From positions 76,074,001-76,138,000 of the forward strand of contig OZ024740.1 in assembly GCA_964016885.1 (NCBI GenBank): a stretch of 64,000 nucleotides of DNA, given 5' to 3'. Position numbers and translations under genes: made by a program. Below the pieces are notes generated by a model that saw only the letters and a program-made list of their open reading frames with translations, had not been told where the DNA came from and made no database searches. Below are positions 37,901 to 51,689 of the stretch, in pieces; the first letter of the stretch is position 1; every line of letters begins with the position of its first letter. The DNA is from Eledone cirrhosa. Its lineage: Eukaryota.

Positions 37901-38030
37901 GAAGTGGTTACACAACAGTTAGTTCACCATACCGAGAACAATTGTTTCACCTTAGCGGGTCCTCAGATTACGAGCTGAGGTGAAACAATTGTTCTCGGTA
38001 TGGTGAACTAACTGTTGTGTAACCACTTCT
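37901..38030. repeat. Hairpin module containing the 3' half of a hammerhead
   Basis: 37901-37957 / 37973-38030; CCTCAG attacgag CTGAGG T-GAAA-CAATTG-TT. Confidence 0.8.
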
Positions 38031-38329
38031 ACCTAACTCGTCCCATGGACTGAGTGTTCTACCACTACGGATATTACCTTCCAGTGTTCTACCACTATAT
38101 ATATATAATTAGAAAGTGAACAACACAAAATATAACTACTCCGTTATCAAAGGTTTATATATATATGTAGTGGATAAATGTATTCCTTTGTGGATGAATG
38201 ATAAAAAGAATAATGCCATAGTGGTTAACAATGTTTAATTTACAATAACAATATTCACTTCGAACATCGAGTAATAATATTTATGACAGGATTTATCAGT
38301 ACATTATTTGCTGACAGAGATGTTATCAT

Positions 38330-38397
38330 CTCTGTCTGATGACCGACCCAGACGTATATTAATATTGTATGGGATCCAGAAACCTTTGGTAATGGAG
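38330..38397 (+). ncRNA. Hammerhead motif with extended helix II
   Basis: CTCTGT-CTGATGA-..CCCA....TGGG..-GAAA-CC TTT GG-TA-ATGGAG; base of helix II mismatched; inverted 3' copy at about 38106-38156. Confidence 0.65.
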
Positions 38398-38784
38398 TAG
38401 TTATATTTTGTGTTGTCACTTTCTAATTAAATAGCTCTGTTCTATACATAGAGCACTCTTTTTTACTTTGCCTTTCCTTCGGAATTTCCTAACACATAAA
38501 ACATCGGTCGCTGTCTTCAATTTGCAAAGCTGTCTAAACGTAATGTTATAACTCTAGGGTAATATACCCTATTGAGTGCTTAGCTGCACACCGAGATTGC
38601 ATTCGTTAGCTTGGCTGCAACCAGAGCTTCGATGATGCTGTACTAAATTTTGTATATATATATATTAGTAAAAGGAAAAGAAAATGCTGACAAATTGTTC
38701 CCAGTGAAAAATAGTTTAATTAGGAATAAGTAAAAATTAGTAATAAGTATTGGTTAGTATTCAGTTTTAGTTTTAAGTTTTCAT

Positions 38785-41340
38785 CTAAATATCGCTTCCA
38801 GTTCTTTTCTATGTGTAAGTGGAGAGTGTTTCCAAATTTGTTTAGTACTTTAGTGTAGAGGGTGATTTCCAGGTATCCCATGACTAGGTTTGCATAAGTG
38901 GGGCTGTTTACGTTCCCATAGCGGTCCCAGATTTCTGCCTGTAGGATTTGTTATTGAAAACGAAGTAATTGTTCTCCAAGATAAATTTGAGTCCCTCTAT
39001 CACGAATTCTTTTTTGATGTGTTGTGGGAGTTCATTGTGGTAATTATCCAGCCAGAATTGGATAGCTTCTATTCCTAGGTTGTGGGGGATGTTGGAGTAT
39101 AGGTTGACTACATCGAACGTCACTAGTAGGGTTTGTTCAGAAAGGGGCATATTAGGGAGGTGATTGAGCATATCTAGGTCGTCCCTTATATAGCTTTTGA
39201 TGTGTTTGAGAAAAGGCTTGAGAAGGGTATCAATGAAGTTGCTAAGGCGGTGGGTTTCGCAAGCGGGGCCTGCTATTATAGGTCTTAATTTGAGATCATT
39301 GGGTGAGGGGACATTGATGACTATGGCTGTGGCTTCCTTGCATGCCTTACTTATTAATTCGCTTTTATGTACTTTAGGGATACCGTAGAAAAGGCTGGAT
39401 TTACTTGTGAAGTCTGTGATGAAGCTGAATTCCTTGTTAGTGAGTCCTTCTTTGTATTGTTTGATCAGAGTTTTTAGGTTTCTCATAATTTTCTGTTGAT
39501 TGTAGTGTTCAGCCTTTTCGTAGTATGCTTCGTTTTCCAAAGTGGAGAGCGCTAAGTTGATATAGAATTCTGTCTCCATTAGGACTACTGTACTCCCTTT
39601 ATCAGCCTCTTTAATTGTAATGGTTCTGTCGGTTTTTAATCTATTTAATTCTTCCCATTCTTTCTTGTTGAGGTTTGGCTTGTGTTTTTGTCTGTGCAAG
39701 GAAGTTTGTGATGTGTTCACAGAATTCGTCCAGGATTTTATTTCTACCTTTTGATGGGGTGTAGTTGCTTCTATTTCTGGCTAATGATTCATCCTCATTG
39801 TACTGGTCGAATAGTTCTTCACTGAGTCGTAACTTTCTACAGAAGTCTGTGATGTCTTCCTTCATTTCATAGTAGTTAGGACGTAGTGGGGTCGGTGTGA
39901 ATTTAAGACCTTTGGAGAGTAAGTTGATAAGGTTGGGTGTTGGTTCTGCACTAGTTAGATTGATAATTTTTATTACTCTCGGTTTCTCCACCCTGTCTTG
40001 TGTTATTTTGTTTGCCTGTATCTGTGTGCTGTGTCTAAAAAATGGTTGGGGTAGAGGGGTTGTCTGCTGATGTTAAGTGGTCTCCTGTGTTTGTTATATT
40101 CCTTGTGGTTGTAAAATGTGGTTCGGGTTCGTGGTTGTAGATTGAATGGGGTGTTCCTGTATTGCGAGTATGGATGTGTGTTTCTATGTGCCATTTTGGA
40201 TTGTTTGTTATAGGTGGCCTACGTTGTTGGTTGTATCGTGTGGTGTGGGTTTGTTGTGTATTGTGGAAGCAAGAGTTGAGAAAATGGAAATTACCTTGCT
40301 GTCCCCTTGTAGCGGGGAAGTTGTTACATCTATCATGGTGGTGGTATCTTTTCCCTATGTTTGACGATGAGGCATCCGCGTAGTAGTTGAGTGATTTGGT
40401 ATGGTGTCTCCTTGAAGGAGGAAAGTTGTAAATGTCATTCTGGGGATGATGATTTCTGGGTTTTTGTTCCTTCTTATGGAAGCGAGGTTGAGAAGTTCAT
40501 CTTCGGTGTAGTGCTTCCTTCTTCTTTTGTTAGTAGCTGGGGGTTTGCGAAGTTGTTGTGCGGTTCGGTTATGGGTTTTCCTATTTTTATGAACGGGTTA
40601 TTGGAGGTGTAATCCGTTTGAAAAGTCGATTCATAGTTTAGGAACCAAGCGGCACTTTTTTCCCAGCGTTGAAGGGATTTCAGTTCTTCTCTGTTGCAGT
40701 CCCCTTTCCATAATTTAGAGATCTTCTCTACCTTGGGGCCTTCAGTCTTATTGTTGATTTCCAGGAGGATCTCTTCATCGATGGTTTTGATTTTTTCCTC
40801 ATATGTCTGGGCCCTCAATTTAAGAAGTTCAATTTCTGTCTTCATTTTTTCCAATGCCATTCTTTCCCTAAGGTGTCTTTGAGGTTCGGGTTCATTTGGA
40901 ATGGACTTTATTTGTATTTTACGGGGGAGAGTTAGAGGGGATGAGTTAAGCCATTTTTCATATATCTCCGCTTCGTTGTGATTTTGTATCATCTTCCAGA
41001 ATGAGAACTTTCTGTCTCTGAGGGATTTGTTCCATTTTGGAATTGTTCGAATTTTCATTTTGTATGAATCAATCTCACATGGTTCTTCGTTGCTTTGTTC
41101 TGGGTTGGTAGTAGTGAACATAGTTTGGATAGCATCGCAAAGGTTTTGAAGTTTATCGCCGATATCGGAGGGTTTGTATCCGGTGACGGTTTCCTCATTT
41201 GTGGAGTCAAGTTTGTCGACCAGCACAGATAGGTTGGTGTTAATTTTCTTGAGTTCATGTAGAATCTCTTCATTTGTGTTGATAAAAGTTGTATCTGTTT
41301 TTGTTGGCATTTTCTGTATCTCGTGTGGGGATATGATATT
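38785..41340 (-). mobile_element. Penelope-like element, 5' region and N-terminal half of RT (decayed, 3'-truncated)
   Basis: LLSKGLKFTPTP, IKEADKG, FYGIPKVHK, LRPIIAG, TFDVVNLYSNIP, YRQKSGTAMGT; upstream ORF 40474-41310. Confidence 0.85.
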
Positions 41341-41363
41341 TAAAAGAAATATATATATATATA

Positions 41364-41613
41364 TTGTTATACTTTGGGAGGGTCATGTTGCCAATAAGAA
41401 ACACACGCACCAGTTACTTTCACTTCAATTTATTATAATAAATTTATAAATTTAGGAATTTATAAATCTCCGGTTGGTTGGTTGGTTCCACAACCAGATG
41501 ATTGTTTATATATTGTCAAAGTTCTTTCGTCACACATTCTGTGACCTCTTCGGTGACTGGGGATTCTTTTCTTTGTTTTTGTGCCTCTCCTTTGTTCTGT
41601 CCTACGCCATCTT
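41364..41613 (-). mobile_element. Second solo pLTR fragment of the 23563-29241 family; hammerhead at 41515-41557 with CCGAAGA core
   Basis: Matches about 28991-29241; flanked by (TA)n. Confidence 0.9.
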
Positions 41614-41626
41614 GAAAAACAAGATA

Positions 41627-41704
<78 letters not shown>

Positions 41705-41852
41705 GATAACAAAATATCGTTATAGGTAATCCAGTTAGAGGTTGTGAATACTTCTTATTATGGATAGTTTTAACGTATGGTGTTGTTTGACTCAACAAGA
41801 GGTTTACGTAGGTGGCGAGTTTATGATTTCACTTGTATTCCTATGTAAGTTT

Positions 41853-41931
<79 letters not shown>

Positions 41932-41938
<7 letters not shown>

Positions 41939-42170
41939 TTAGTGGTAAGTATGGTGGACTTACGATTATAATGTCGTGGGTTCGATTCCTGGGTTGCGTG
42001 TCTTGAGCAAAACACATCATTTCACGTTGCTCCAGTATACTCACCTGAAAATGAGTACCAGCAATAGCTGAGGATTTAACCCTGCGATGGACTGGCGTCC
42101 TGTCTAGGGGGTCTTGTACTCTCAGTCGCTTCACGCCATGAAACCAGGATAAGCACCGGCTTAAGACAGA
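41932..42170 (+). mobile_element. tRNA-derived SINE with CORE-like central domain (second family)
   Basis: A-box TTAGTGG, B-box GGTTCGATTCC, CTTGAGCAA.ACAC...TTTCACGTTGCTCCAGT; related copy at 54881-55030. Confidence 0.7.
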
Positions 42171-42414
42171 CTTTAGACTTATATATATATATATATATAT
42201 GCCGCTCTGCTTCTGTAGATATGTGACCTTGCATACTGCATTTATGTACTGTTTATTTAGGCTGTACTTAGGATCATTTCAAGGATTCCGAGACGGGATG
42301 GAAAGGAAGGTATCTTTTGGTCGGTATGCTTGCGCCAGAGTGGACTTCACTAATGATATCCATAAGTAAAGTGGTGTTAAACTGTAACCTATTAAGTCTA
42401 GCACACATGTGTGC

Positions 42415-42565
42415 TACATCGGGATTTGAACTGAGAACACGAAGAACCGGGTGAAATATTGCAAGGCGTGTCGTGCGACACTTTAATATTTCCGCCAGCC
42501 TTCCGTCCTCGACAGGTACTTTATTTTATCGACTCCGAAAGGATGAAAGGCAAAGTTGACCTTGG
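42415..42565 (-). mobile_element. Rearranged fragments of the OK/OR-like SINE
   Basis: GGGATTTGAACT.AG and GGTACTTTATTTTATCGAC...GGATGAAAGGCAAAGTTGAC. Confidence 0.7.
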
Positions 42566-42569
42566 TTGT

Positions 42570-42850
42570 TGTTTTTGTTGAAATTATACCTTACCTACTG
42601 CTGTTGTGTTCTTGTAACAAGACCTTACAGCCGCTACTCTTGTTGTAATAAAACCATATAACTATCGTTGTTGTTGTTGTAAGACCATACCTACTACTGT
42701 TTCTACTCGTTGTTGTTTTTGTTGTAGTTATAAGTTCATACCAACTGTTGTTATAAAACCATACCTATTGCTGTTAATACCATATCTACTGCTTCTGTTG
42801 TGGTTGTTGTTGTAATAAGACTGTACTTACCGCTTGTTGTTGTTTGGATT
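42570..42850. repeat. Degenerate minisatellite, about 35-45-bp unit (TTGTTGT..TAAGACCATACCTACTACTG)
   Basis: Recurrent motif about 7 times. Confidence 0.65.
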
Positions 42851-43009
42851 GCTGTCTGGATTTGTTAATAGTGTTCAATCAACAATATAGTTATAAGGGA
42901 TAATTTAATCAATTCAATAGCGACAGCAGCAGAGACATTAACCGGAGTAACATCAGCAGCAACAGCAACAGCCACAATAATATACCCACATAGAAAGTTG
43001 CTCACATTT

Positions 43010-43122
43010 GTTGAAACCAGGAGATAGTTTACACATAAACGTTGAAACCAGGAGATAGTTTACACATAAACGTTGAAACGAGGAGATAGTTTACACACAA
43101 ACCAGGATATAGTTTACACACA
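43010..43122. repeat. 31-bp tandem repeat, three copies plus a partial
   Basis: GTTGAAACCAGGAGATAGTTTACACATAAAC. Confidence 0.92.
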
Positions 43123-43373
43123 TTTTATTTACATAGACCCATTACACAAGGGGATGGAGAAACGCAGAGGAAGAGGGTGAATGCGTTGGTGCATATGCAC
43201 CCACCCACCCACATAACATATATAACATACACACATACATACTGGTATAGACACACACACGCACTTTGAAGTAATACTAACGCTTATCCGAACCATTGAG
43301 CACTTTGCCGCACATTTCGAAGATTGTTTTTTGTTATTTCGTGGGCCGAAGTTCCGATTCTCGATAATTTATT

Positions 43374-43414
<41 letters not shown>

Positions 43415-43493
43415 TTGATAATGTGTCTTTCAATATTTAAATGCAATATTTGCTAGTAATTGTTTTGAATTATTTATATCTGCGTCCACAGAT

Positions 43494-43539
<46 letters not shown>

Positions 43540-44569
43540 GTTTCAGAAGATCTCGTATAAGGGTAAAAGCAGAAATTATTTGCTTAAACTTTTAATCTGT
43601 GCTATTAATATATATATATATTCATAATTTCACTCACGCATAAATAATTGCGCGCGCACACACGCACGGTCACACACACATACACACCTCATAACGAGAT
43701 AAGTTCTTAATATGGTGTTGCTGTTAATTTGGGATGTAAATCATGTGCTGTCTGTGCTTTTGTTGCTGCAATTGTTACAAGTTATGATGCTATGGAGTAC
43801 AATGGCATCGAACGAGTTTCACAGTCAAAGGTGAGAATAACATTTATAGTTTTTATATTTAATATTGCTATTAACACCGCACTCTCCTTCTCTTCCCGAG
43901 TCAAGACAATGAAAAGATACATTAGATTATTTTTGAATAGGTTACGCCGGCCTCTTTTAAGGTCGCATCTTGAGTGATTCAATAAGTTCCCCAGTCCTAT
44001 CTTTTTTTTTTTTTTAATGAACTCAGAACACACAGAGCTGGAACAGATACAGCAAAGCATCTCAATTGACGCTCTAACAACTTCACCAACCCACCTCCCT
44101 AGACAAGTACAGGAACATTTGAAGACATCTATTATTTGGTAGCTAGAGCAGGTGATAGAGAGATGGGGAGGGCAAGAGAGATGAAGGCGATGACAGTGGG
44201 AATTCGGCTATTCTGCATTCGAACCTGGTTTACCTGTATGTGCATGCTTACTGTCTTATCATATAGACATATTTGTGAAGAGGGTAAGTTGACAAAGATT
44301 TACTTGAAGTCTATAATAATGTGGGTAAATAATAGAATTATGTGAACCTTTCAACGGTACAGTAATTATATACAAGTGAAAATATATAGCAACTTTGGAA
44401 AAATATATTTCTTCCTCATCACTTTTATATACAGGAAAATACTTCTAAACTGAAATGTTGATTTTACAATAGCTAGATTCAATCTTTCACAAAATATAAT
44501 CAATGTATCAGAAGCGGAAAATAAGGGAGTTATATACAAGAAGGGAAATAAATAATTTTCTATATAGAT

Positions 44570-44820
44570 AATAAACACAACCACAAGGATATGGTCCGAA
44601 CGTGGAAGAGCCGAACTCCCACTGTCATCACCTCCATCTCTCTCGCCACCCCCATCTCTCTGTATGGTGAGCAAATGGGGTCCTACGTGCTGGCGTCCCC
44701 ACAACCTCGGAGGACAGAATGGAGAAGGCGTTTCCCCGGAGGATGGTAAGGGAGATGCACTGGAAGAGCCATTCCATCTCGCGAGGCTCACACTTGCGAC
44801 TGGCCAGCTCAGCGTCTCAA
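44570..44820 (-). mobile_element. 3' end of a CRE-like RLE non-LTR retrotransposon
   Basis: Minus-strand translation ELASRKCEPREMEWLFQCISLTILRGNAFSIL resembles the LFQRxSxAxxRGNA C-terminus; GC-rich island. Confidence 0.55.
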
Positions 44821-45049
44821 AAGTCTATTTTCTGATTTGACATAAACAATCAAAATAGAAAAGAATATAAGTAGGGTAAAAAAGAAATAAAAATCTGATG
44901 TCATCTCCTGCAAAGACGATCAAATGACGGTCTGCAGAAGATATAACAGGTATTTATTTCGGCAGGAATTGGGTACAATCCAGAGAAACCAGTGATAATA
45001 GATTCTTACTAATTCTAGGGGGATGAGAAAGTAGCTTAAATTGACCATA

Positions 45050-45145
45050 GCAGCTAACTGGTACTTAATTTCATCTATCCCGGAAAGATGAAAGGCAAAG
45101 TTGACATCAGCAGGATTTGAACTTAGATCGCAAAGCGTCAGAGTA
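45050..45145 (-). mobile_element. OK/OR-like SINE fragment
   Basis: CTGGTACTT...GATGAAAGGCAAAGTTGAC...GGATTTGAACT. Confidence 0.75.
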
Positions 45146-45554
45146 AATAACAAAACAACAAAACAAAAAAAAAAACATTCCATCCGACGAGAAAAAATAA
45201 TTTCCTTTAAGGAAATTAATTACATCATCATTCATACATACAATTGCATGAAACGTTAAAAACAAAGGGAAATAGAAGAAAACGTCTAGGAGTGAATAAG
45301 ACAAAGACATACAAAATTAGGGGTTGGTTTAGGGATCTCATACAGAAAAGACATTTCAAAATTGCATAAAAAATATGGATATGTAATAAATAAATATGGA
45401 AATATGGGGAAAACCCAATAGATAAAACACGATAGTAATTAAAAGAAAGAGTTTTCTACAAAAAAAAACAAAATATTTAGGGTTTCCATCCACACACGAG
45501 TGAGAATCCGTTGCTTAGATCGGGTTAAAGAAGTCCTAGTATGTGTCCTAGTAT

Positions 45555-45740
45555 GGATTGGCAGTATTGGTAGAGGGTCGGACGATATGCTTTGACGCAT
45601 AGAGTTACGGCCCTTGCCATTCTGAGTTCGAATCCCGCCGAGGTTAACTTTACCTTTAATCCTTACGGGGTCGATAAAATAAAGTACCATTAATGCACTG
45701 GGTAATTGCTGGCCTTGTGCCAAAAGTAGAAACAATTATT
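45555..45740 (+). mobile_element. OK/OR-like SINE
   Basis: GGATTGGCAGTATTGGTAG A-box, GAGTTCGAATCCC B-box, shared tail. Confidence 0.85.
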
Positions 45741-46989
45741 TGTACTGGATCTCTGTGCAGTCAAAAGTCATTCTTTGGATGGGAAAAGACAAAAACAAAA
45801 AACACCTAGTTCTCGAATATTCTTGCTTTAGCATGTGGTGAGCCTCGGGCGACATCATCATGTGATTATTTACTGAGTGTTTCCTATATTCTGACCATAT
45901 TTCTCCACCCCACCCATCAATTAGTAATTCACCGTCTCTTGCAAACCTCAGTTTATTTGTTCGATTTAGAAAATACTTGTTTTTATACTGAACGACTGTG
46001 AACAGCTTTCGTCGCTGTCACCCTCTTGCGTTTTGAATGCTTTTAGACTGTATTTACGCTTCCTTTTCTGTCGAGTCCTCTTCTTCTATTTACCGCCGGA
46101 GGTTCCCAATTCATTTTTGGTTCCATTGCATCATTTTTATCACAGAACAATGGAGTTGCGCTATTGGGGTAAGGATGATCTCCCACTCATCAGTCTCTGG
46201 GAACAATGGTGAGACAAATACTTTGCTCACTTGCTGATGCCTGCTGTTGTTGCTGTTGTCGACTATTTTTAAAATTTTTATTTCAGTTACTGTCTTCTAC
46301 ATATCGTCAAATGATGATAGAGTGACACTATTTATTGTGCTAGCAAGTCGGTATTTCTGATCACACGAGGTAACTTCCTCCACTATTTTCGGAGCTTTGA
46401 CCTGTAGTGTTCGGACCTGTGTCTTGTCATAGGCACAGAAACTAAAGACATGACTCATGCTGCCAGGAAAAAAAATCTTAATTGATACAACGTGGAGCAA
46501 GAGTCATTTGAAGGATTTATGCCATAAAGAACTAGAGAAGAACTATAGAGGCAGCAGAATGTAGTATCCAGAGAATAATGGGTCAAAGTTCTTGAAATAG
46601 TGAAGGAAGCCACCTCATGTCCTGTTCCAGAAACAAGGACTTGCAAGTTGATTCTGATCTCCCTTCTGACCACATATGGTTGTGTGTAACTCCACCCATA
46701 TTGCTATATAAATAACGTAACAATAAGTCAAGAGTTAACATTGTTGCCAATGAACCTTATTTCTTCTCTGCCCTAAATACTGGAGTACAAATGGAAAGGT
46801 GGGCGTGTGTCTCATAAATTATGCTTGTTTTGGGGCCCCATTCTTGCTTTGAAAAATGACATACACATTCCCGTACGACCAGTCCCGCTCTAAACGTAGG
46901 TTTTTTTTTAGCAACATATCTATCAAAGCTTCTTTCATTTGTTTTTTTTTTAAAGGAAATGAAACTCCCTCCATTTTTAGAAGGCAAAG

Positions 46990-48021
46990 ATAAGTAATAT
47001 TTTCTTTGTTTGCACCTGTATGTAGCCTTTGTTGAAACTAATGATGCAGTTCAAAGTATATTTTGTCTCACGATGAAATATTTCGTGTTATGCACGCAAA
47101 TGTTCATGAAAATAATAAACAGGAGAGGTGACAGTACGTACCCTTGGCGGAGTCCAACTTCCACTTGAAAAGTTTCGATTTCGCATCATTTATCCGAACA
47201 CAATTACTCGGGCATTCGTATAGAGACAAAAGGACAACAAGATTAACATGCGCTACTGAGTTGGAAATGGTATCATGATTGGCATGTGGAAAATCAATCG
47301 ACTGGAATTTGCAGACGACATGGTGTTATTCAACGCGACATAAGATAGGTTTGATGCGGAGTGCTATATGATTGGAATGAAAATCAGTGCTGCAAAAACT
47401 GTGACACTCGTCCTTTCAAGGAAACCTGCACGGTGCACTCTACATGTGAATGGAATTCCACTGAAGCAGGTAGAGAAGTTCAAGTATCTCGGGGCCGTGT
47501 TCACGACTGATGGAAGACAGGAGGCTGAATTAAGTACAAGAATTACACCAGCTTCAGCATTCAGGAATCAGAAAAAGGGAGGAAGACGTAAAAGCCAAAC
47601 TCGCTTTCTTTAATTTGGTATTCGTGTTAACCCCTACGTATGGTCATGAACCTTGGGTTATGATCGAAAGAATACGATCGAGAATACAAGCGGCTGAAAT
47701 GGAGTTCTTCTGAAAGGTCTTAGGAGTAACGTTACTCGATAGAGATCAGAGAGTCACTCCATATAAGCCACCACGTCTCCGAATTTAGAGATCACAGCTC
47801 CGATAGTACGGGTATGTAGTTAGAATGTCTCAGGAAAGAATCTCTGGTCAGATTTTACGGGCAAAACCAACCGGCAAGAAATCTAGGGGTAGATTCCGAG
47901 AAAGATGGTTGGATAACATCCATTAGCGTGGCTGGTCTCGCTTGGGGATCTAGCCGGATCAGTTGGAAACGGTTGCTTCTGACAGGATCCCTCTCAGGAA
48001 TATGTGGGCGAAGAAGAAGAA
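46990..48021 (+). mobile_element. Decayed RTE-like LINE 3' part with inverted 5' segment
   Basis: Plus: LEFADDMV, GMKISAAKT, VEKFKYLG, (AAG)n tail at about 48011-48021; minus at about 47118-47160: VGLRQGYVLSPL. Confidence 0.7.
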
Positions 48022-48239
48022 GCATGTACCTGTTACATGTGAAGCAGTCAAAATATTTTCATTTAGCATAAATCATAAGTACGATCTGAATGAGCCACTA
48101 CGATTTATCCGAGTTCTTTGGCTCGTCCGGAAAAAAGAAGTGAAACCTGTCAAACAATTGTAAAAGTTTGAGGAAGTTCGCTAGGCTTTTGCACGCTTCT
48201 CTCTTATCAAGTGTTTCTACACAATTTATGCGTGCATTA

Positions 48240-50470
48240 AAAAAACATCCTATCGCCCACTAGTAGTAATGAGCAAGATTCTTCCAGGAAAGTTTCTAAG
48301 TGTCTGAAGAATTTCAGCTGCCCTGCTCATGTTGGAACCACCAATATGAACACACCACATTCACCTTTACTGCTACTCACGCCCATGATCACTGATCAAC
48401 CATACGAATCTAGGAACATTGTTGTAAACTCTACGTCCAGGCCTTTCCAACACAACACTGTTACACCACATGATCCAGATCGACTAAAATATGCATATAG
48501 TCATCGAAGAGGGCAAGCGAGTATGCTTGAGAGACTCTGGTTTCGCTAATGTCTACCACACCCAGATGTAGTGACCTGGGGTCATCTAGCAAGTGACGCT
48601 ATTTTCCAGGCCACGTGCATTTATGCAGCCTAAGTTGTGTAAAACCATTAAGAAGGAGGACCAAATACAGAAGGGAGAAAGTCCCTTACCCTCCTTTGTC
48701 TACTCGTCTTTTATTTCGGCCTTCCAAAATTCTTCCGTCTAAAATGTTTTTTAAGGTCCCCACAACAGTATTCTGAGGTATCTGTACATTTTAGTTGTAG
48801 TCTTCACCAAGATTCTTCACTGTAGTGTTCTGGGAGTCGTTACCTCATCCAGTCCCTCACACGACGTAAAAACAATTTCTTTGTTACTTTGAACGAAAAC
48901 CTTCAAATCTATGTTTTTCTTTCGGAGGAATGTGCAATTAAGAGTTTCGTTTATTTCTTCTACTTTCTGCTGTTGTGGTTGCTGCTCGTCTTCATGTTAC
49001 TGTTGTTCCTGTTATGTTTCTTGTTGTTTATGTGGTTGCCGTTGTGATGCTGGCTGGTTGGTTTTTTGCTGCTGTGTTTGTTTTGTCTTTTCTTCCCTGT
49101 GGCTGCTGTTTTTTCTTTGTTCTCTTGAATCTTGTTATTTTTGTTACCGAAGTTCTTGTGGTTTTGTTTGGTGGCGTTCTGATTGCTGGACGTTTGTTTG
49201 TATATTGTCCTATTGTTTGCCTTCGTGGTGGTTTTTTTTGGGGTATTTTGGTGGTTGAGTTACTGGCTTCAGCTGTACAATCCCATAATGATGGTGCAGT
49301 TTGCTTTTGTACTCGTGATGCGAGTGCTGTTCTTGTTGTTGTGGATCGGGTTGTTTTTGTGTTTACTGTGGTGTTTGTAATGTCTTTCATGGTGGTGGTG
49401 ATGGCGAAGGTAGTGTTGGTGTTAATGTTGTTGCTTGGCTTGATCTTTTTTCTTCAAATCGTCCAGCTTTATGTGTCAGCGGAATCTTCTGTCTTTTTTC
49501 TTTTAATTTCTCTCCCTACGAGGACATTTTATCATTACTCTTTTGTGTCGCCCATGTTTCACGACACACCCGAGACATCGGAAGTAAAGAAATTTATTTC
49601 TTGAGCTGTTGCTTTTGCGTTTGGTGATTTTGTTGCTGATGTTCTTGTTGCAGTTTTTCCACAAGTTGGTTGCTTTAGTGTTGCTGTTGCTTTTGCTGCC
49701 GCTGCTATTGCTCTTGACGATGCAGAGTGTTGGGTGTTGGCAGGAGTGTTTTCTGTATCCTACTGCCCATTATTCTGGACAGGGATTGGTGTTGGCACTA
49801 CATGTGGCACCATGACATTTTATCTTCTACAGCTCAGAACAGCTGGGTGCCATCTGGAAGGTTAACGTCGGGAACTATTTCCAGAGTCCCTTGATTAGTT
49901 TCGGTCGGAAGCTCCGCCTCATTACCTGCTTAATTTTCCTTTCACGCCTTTTGCAATTGAAACATTCCGTCTTGTCCCCAGTTCCTGCTGGTGCAGCTGC
50001 CACCAGCCAGCAGATATCGATTTCTGGTGGCATATCGACTACCTTTATTATTGACACGTGCTTCCCTAGGTAATCTGGTATGAGGGTTAGCTCCTCATTT
50101 TTGACTGGTTTAATCGAGTGTCTACTGTCCCCCGTTCGTTGGGGTACTTCATTTCTACTGTGTCAAATATTTTATTTCGGGTGGTGTAAGTTTTGATGGT
50201 CCAGATTGTTCTGAGGTATCTTGTAATTATTCCCTGCATTACTTCCTGCAATTCCTAGCAATTTACTCCAGCATGCGTATAGATAATCGTGCTCCGTTCC
50301 GTCTCCTGGAGAACCTGTTCCGGTACACCACTGTTAAACCAACCTTTATCACAAGTTGCTTAGCCTTGTTAAATTGTGTTCGTCGGCCATGCTGCAATAT
50401 CAAAGAATCCAGCCTCTTAATTGTTAATGGTTGTAATGTTGCCATCACTGCTCCCACTGTTTGTTGTTGA
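48240..50470 (-). mobile_element. Decayed Tx1-type LINE 5' part (ORF1 and start of APE)
   Basis: Minus: KTECFNCK knuckle remnant at about 49930-49980, Thr/Gln/Lys-rich ORF1, GCINARGL at about 48605-48630. Confidence 0.65.
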
Positions 50471-50509
50471 CGGTGGAAACTACTGTGACAATATTATTAT
50501 TTTGGTTTG

Positions 50510-50790
50510 CCGCATAGTTACGTCCCTTTACGATCTGAGTTCAAATCCTGCCGAGGTTGACTTTGCCTTTCATTCTTACGGGGTCGATAAAATAAAGTAC
50601 CAGTAATGCACTGGGTAATTGCTGGCCTTGTGCCTAAAGTAGAAACAATTATTATTTTGGTTTGCCAAAGTTAACCCGCCGAGGTTAACTTTGCCTTTCA
50701 TTCTTACGGGGTCGATAAAATAAAGTACCAGTAATGTACTGGGTAATTGCTGGCCTTGTGCCTAAAGTAGAAACAATTATTATTTTGGTT
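50510..50790 (+). mobile_element. Two tandem 5'-truncated OK/OR-like SINE copies
   Basis: 50510-50650 and 50676-50778, each followed by ATTATTATTTTGGTTTGC, which is also present at about 50492-50509. Confidence 0.85.
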
Positions 50791-51244
50791 TGCATGTATG
50801 TTGGTGATATCAACGTTGATGTTATTTGACCTACTCTAGTTTGTTGTCGACACGGCGGACTCCATGTGTAGTAGAGCTACTGATGGTATTCTCAGTTTTG
50901 TTTTCATTGTATTTGTTGTTCATGAAACAGGCTTTCCTTTATTTGCTCATATGAGGACACATGAAAATACTTCCATCTACTCTTCATGTGTCAAAGGTTA
51001 GTATTATTTTTGCCTGTTGTTTCATGATTCCAACTGGAATTTACCTATGCCCAGAGATTTTCTTGAACAAGCAAGCCAAACTACTTCCGAAGCCAGTAAT
51101 ATTAATTTTATTATTTATCTTTCGATACAGAACTAATCATCTAGTTTTTGAAAAAGACAACAAAACATGAAATTCAATTGCCAAGAGGTCAACACAAACA
51201 CCAGCAACAACAACAACGACGACGACAACAACTGAAATATGGTT

Positions 51245-51454
51245 TCTTATATAGGCACAAGACCAGCAATTTGGCGGGAGGGGGAATTGATTAAATTGAC
51301 ACCAGTGCATGACTGGTACTTTATTTTATCGACCCCGTAAGGATGAAAGGCAAAGTTAACCTCGTCAGGATTTGAACTCAGATCATAAAGGGCCGTAACT
51401 CTATGCTGCAAAGCATGGCATCCGACCCACTACCGATACTGCCAATCCACCGCC
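51245..51454 (-). mobile_element. OK/OR-like SINE, full length
   Basis: Reverse complement begins GGCGGTGGATTGGCAGTATCGGTAG. Confidence 0.85.
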
Positions 51455-51534
51455 CTAACAACAACAATAATAATGATAATAAAATTGTTCCTACATTTGG
51501 CACATGGCCAGTAATTTGAAGGGAAAGGGAATAA

Positions 51535-51629
<95 letters not shown>

Positions 51630-51689
51630 AGTTTGCATGTTCATGTATGTGTCTATGTTTACACCGAACAGAGAGAAATCGATAAAATA

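Noticed and set aside
43010-43122. 31-bp repeat starting GTTGAAAC, CRISPR-like in appearance
   Set aside because: Units are contiguous with no spacers, no cas genes, eukaryotic context
46180-46200. CTGATGA on the minus strand
   Set aside because: No helix II or GAAA follows; surrounding sequence looks like a LINE C-terminal remnant
46297-46410. Possible host terminal exon on minus (CAG|VKAPKIVEEV...)
   Set aside because: No polypyrimidine tract, no recognisable homology, no partner exons
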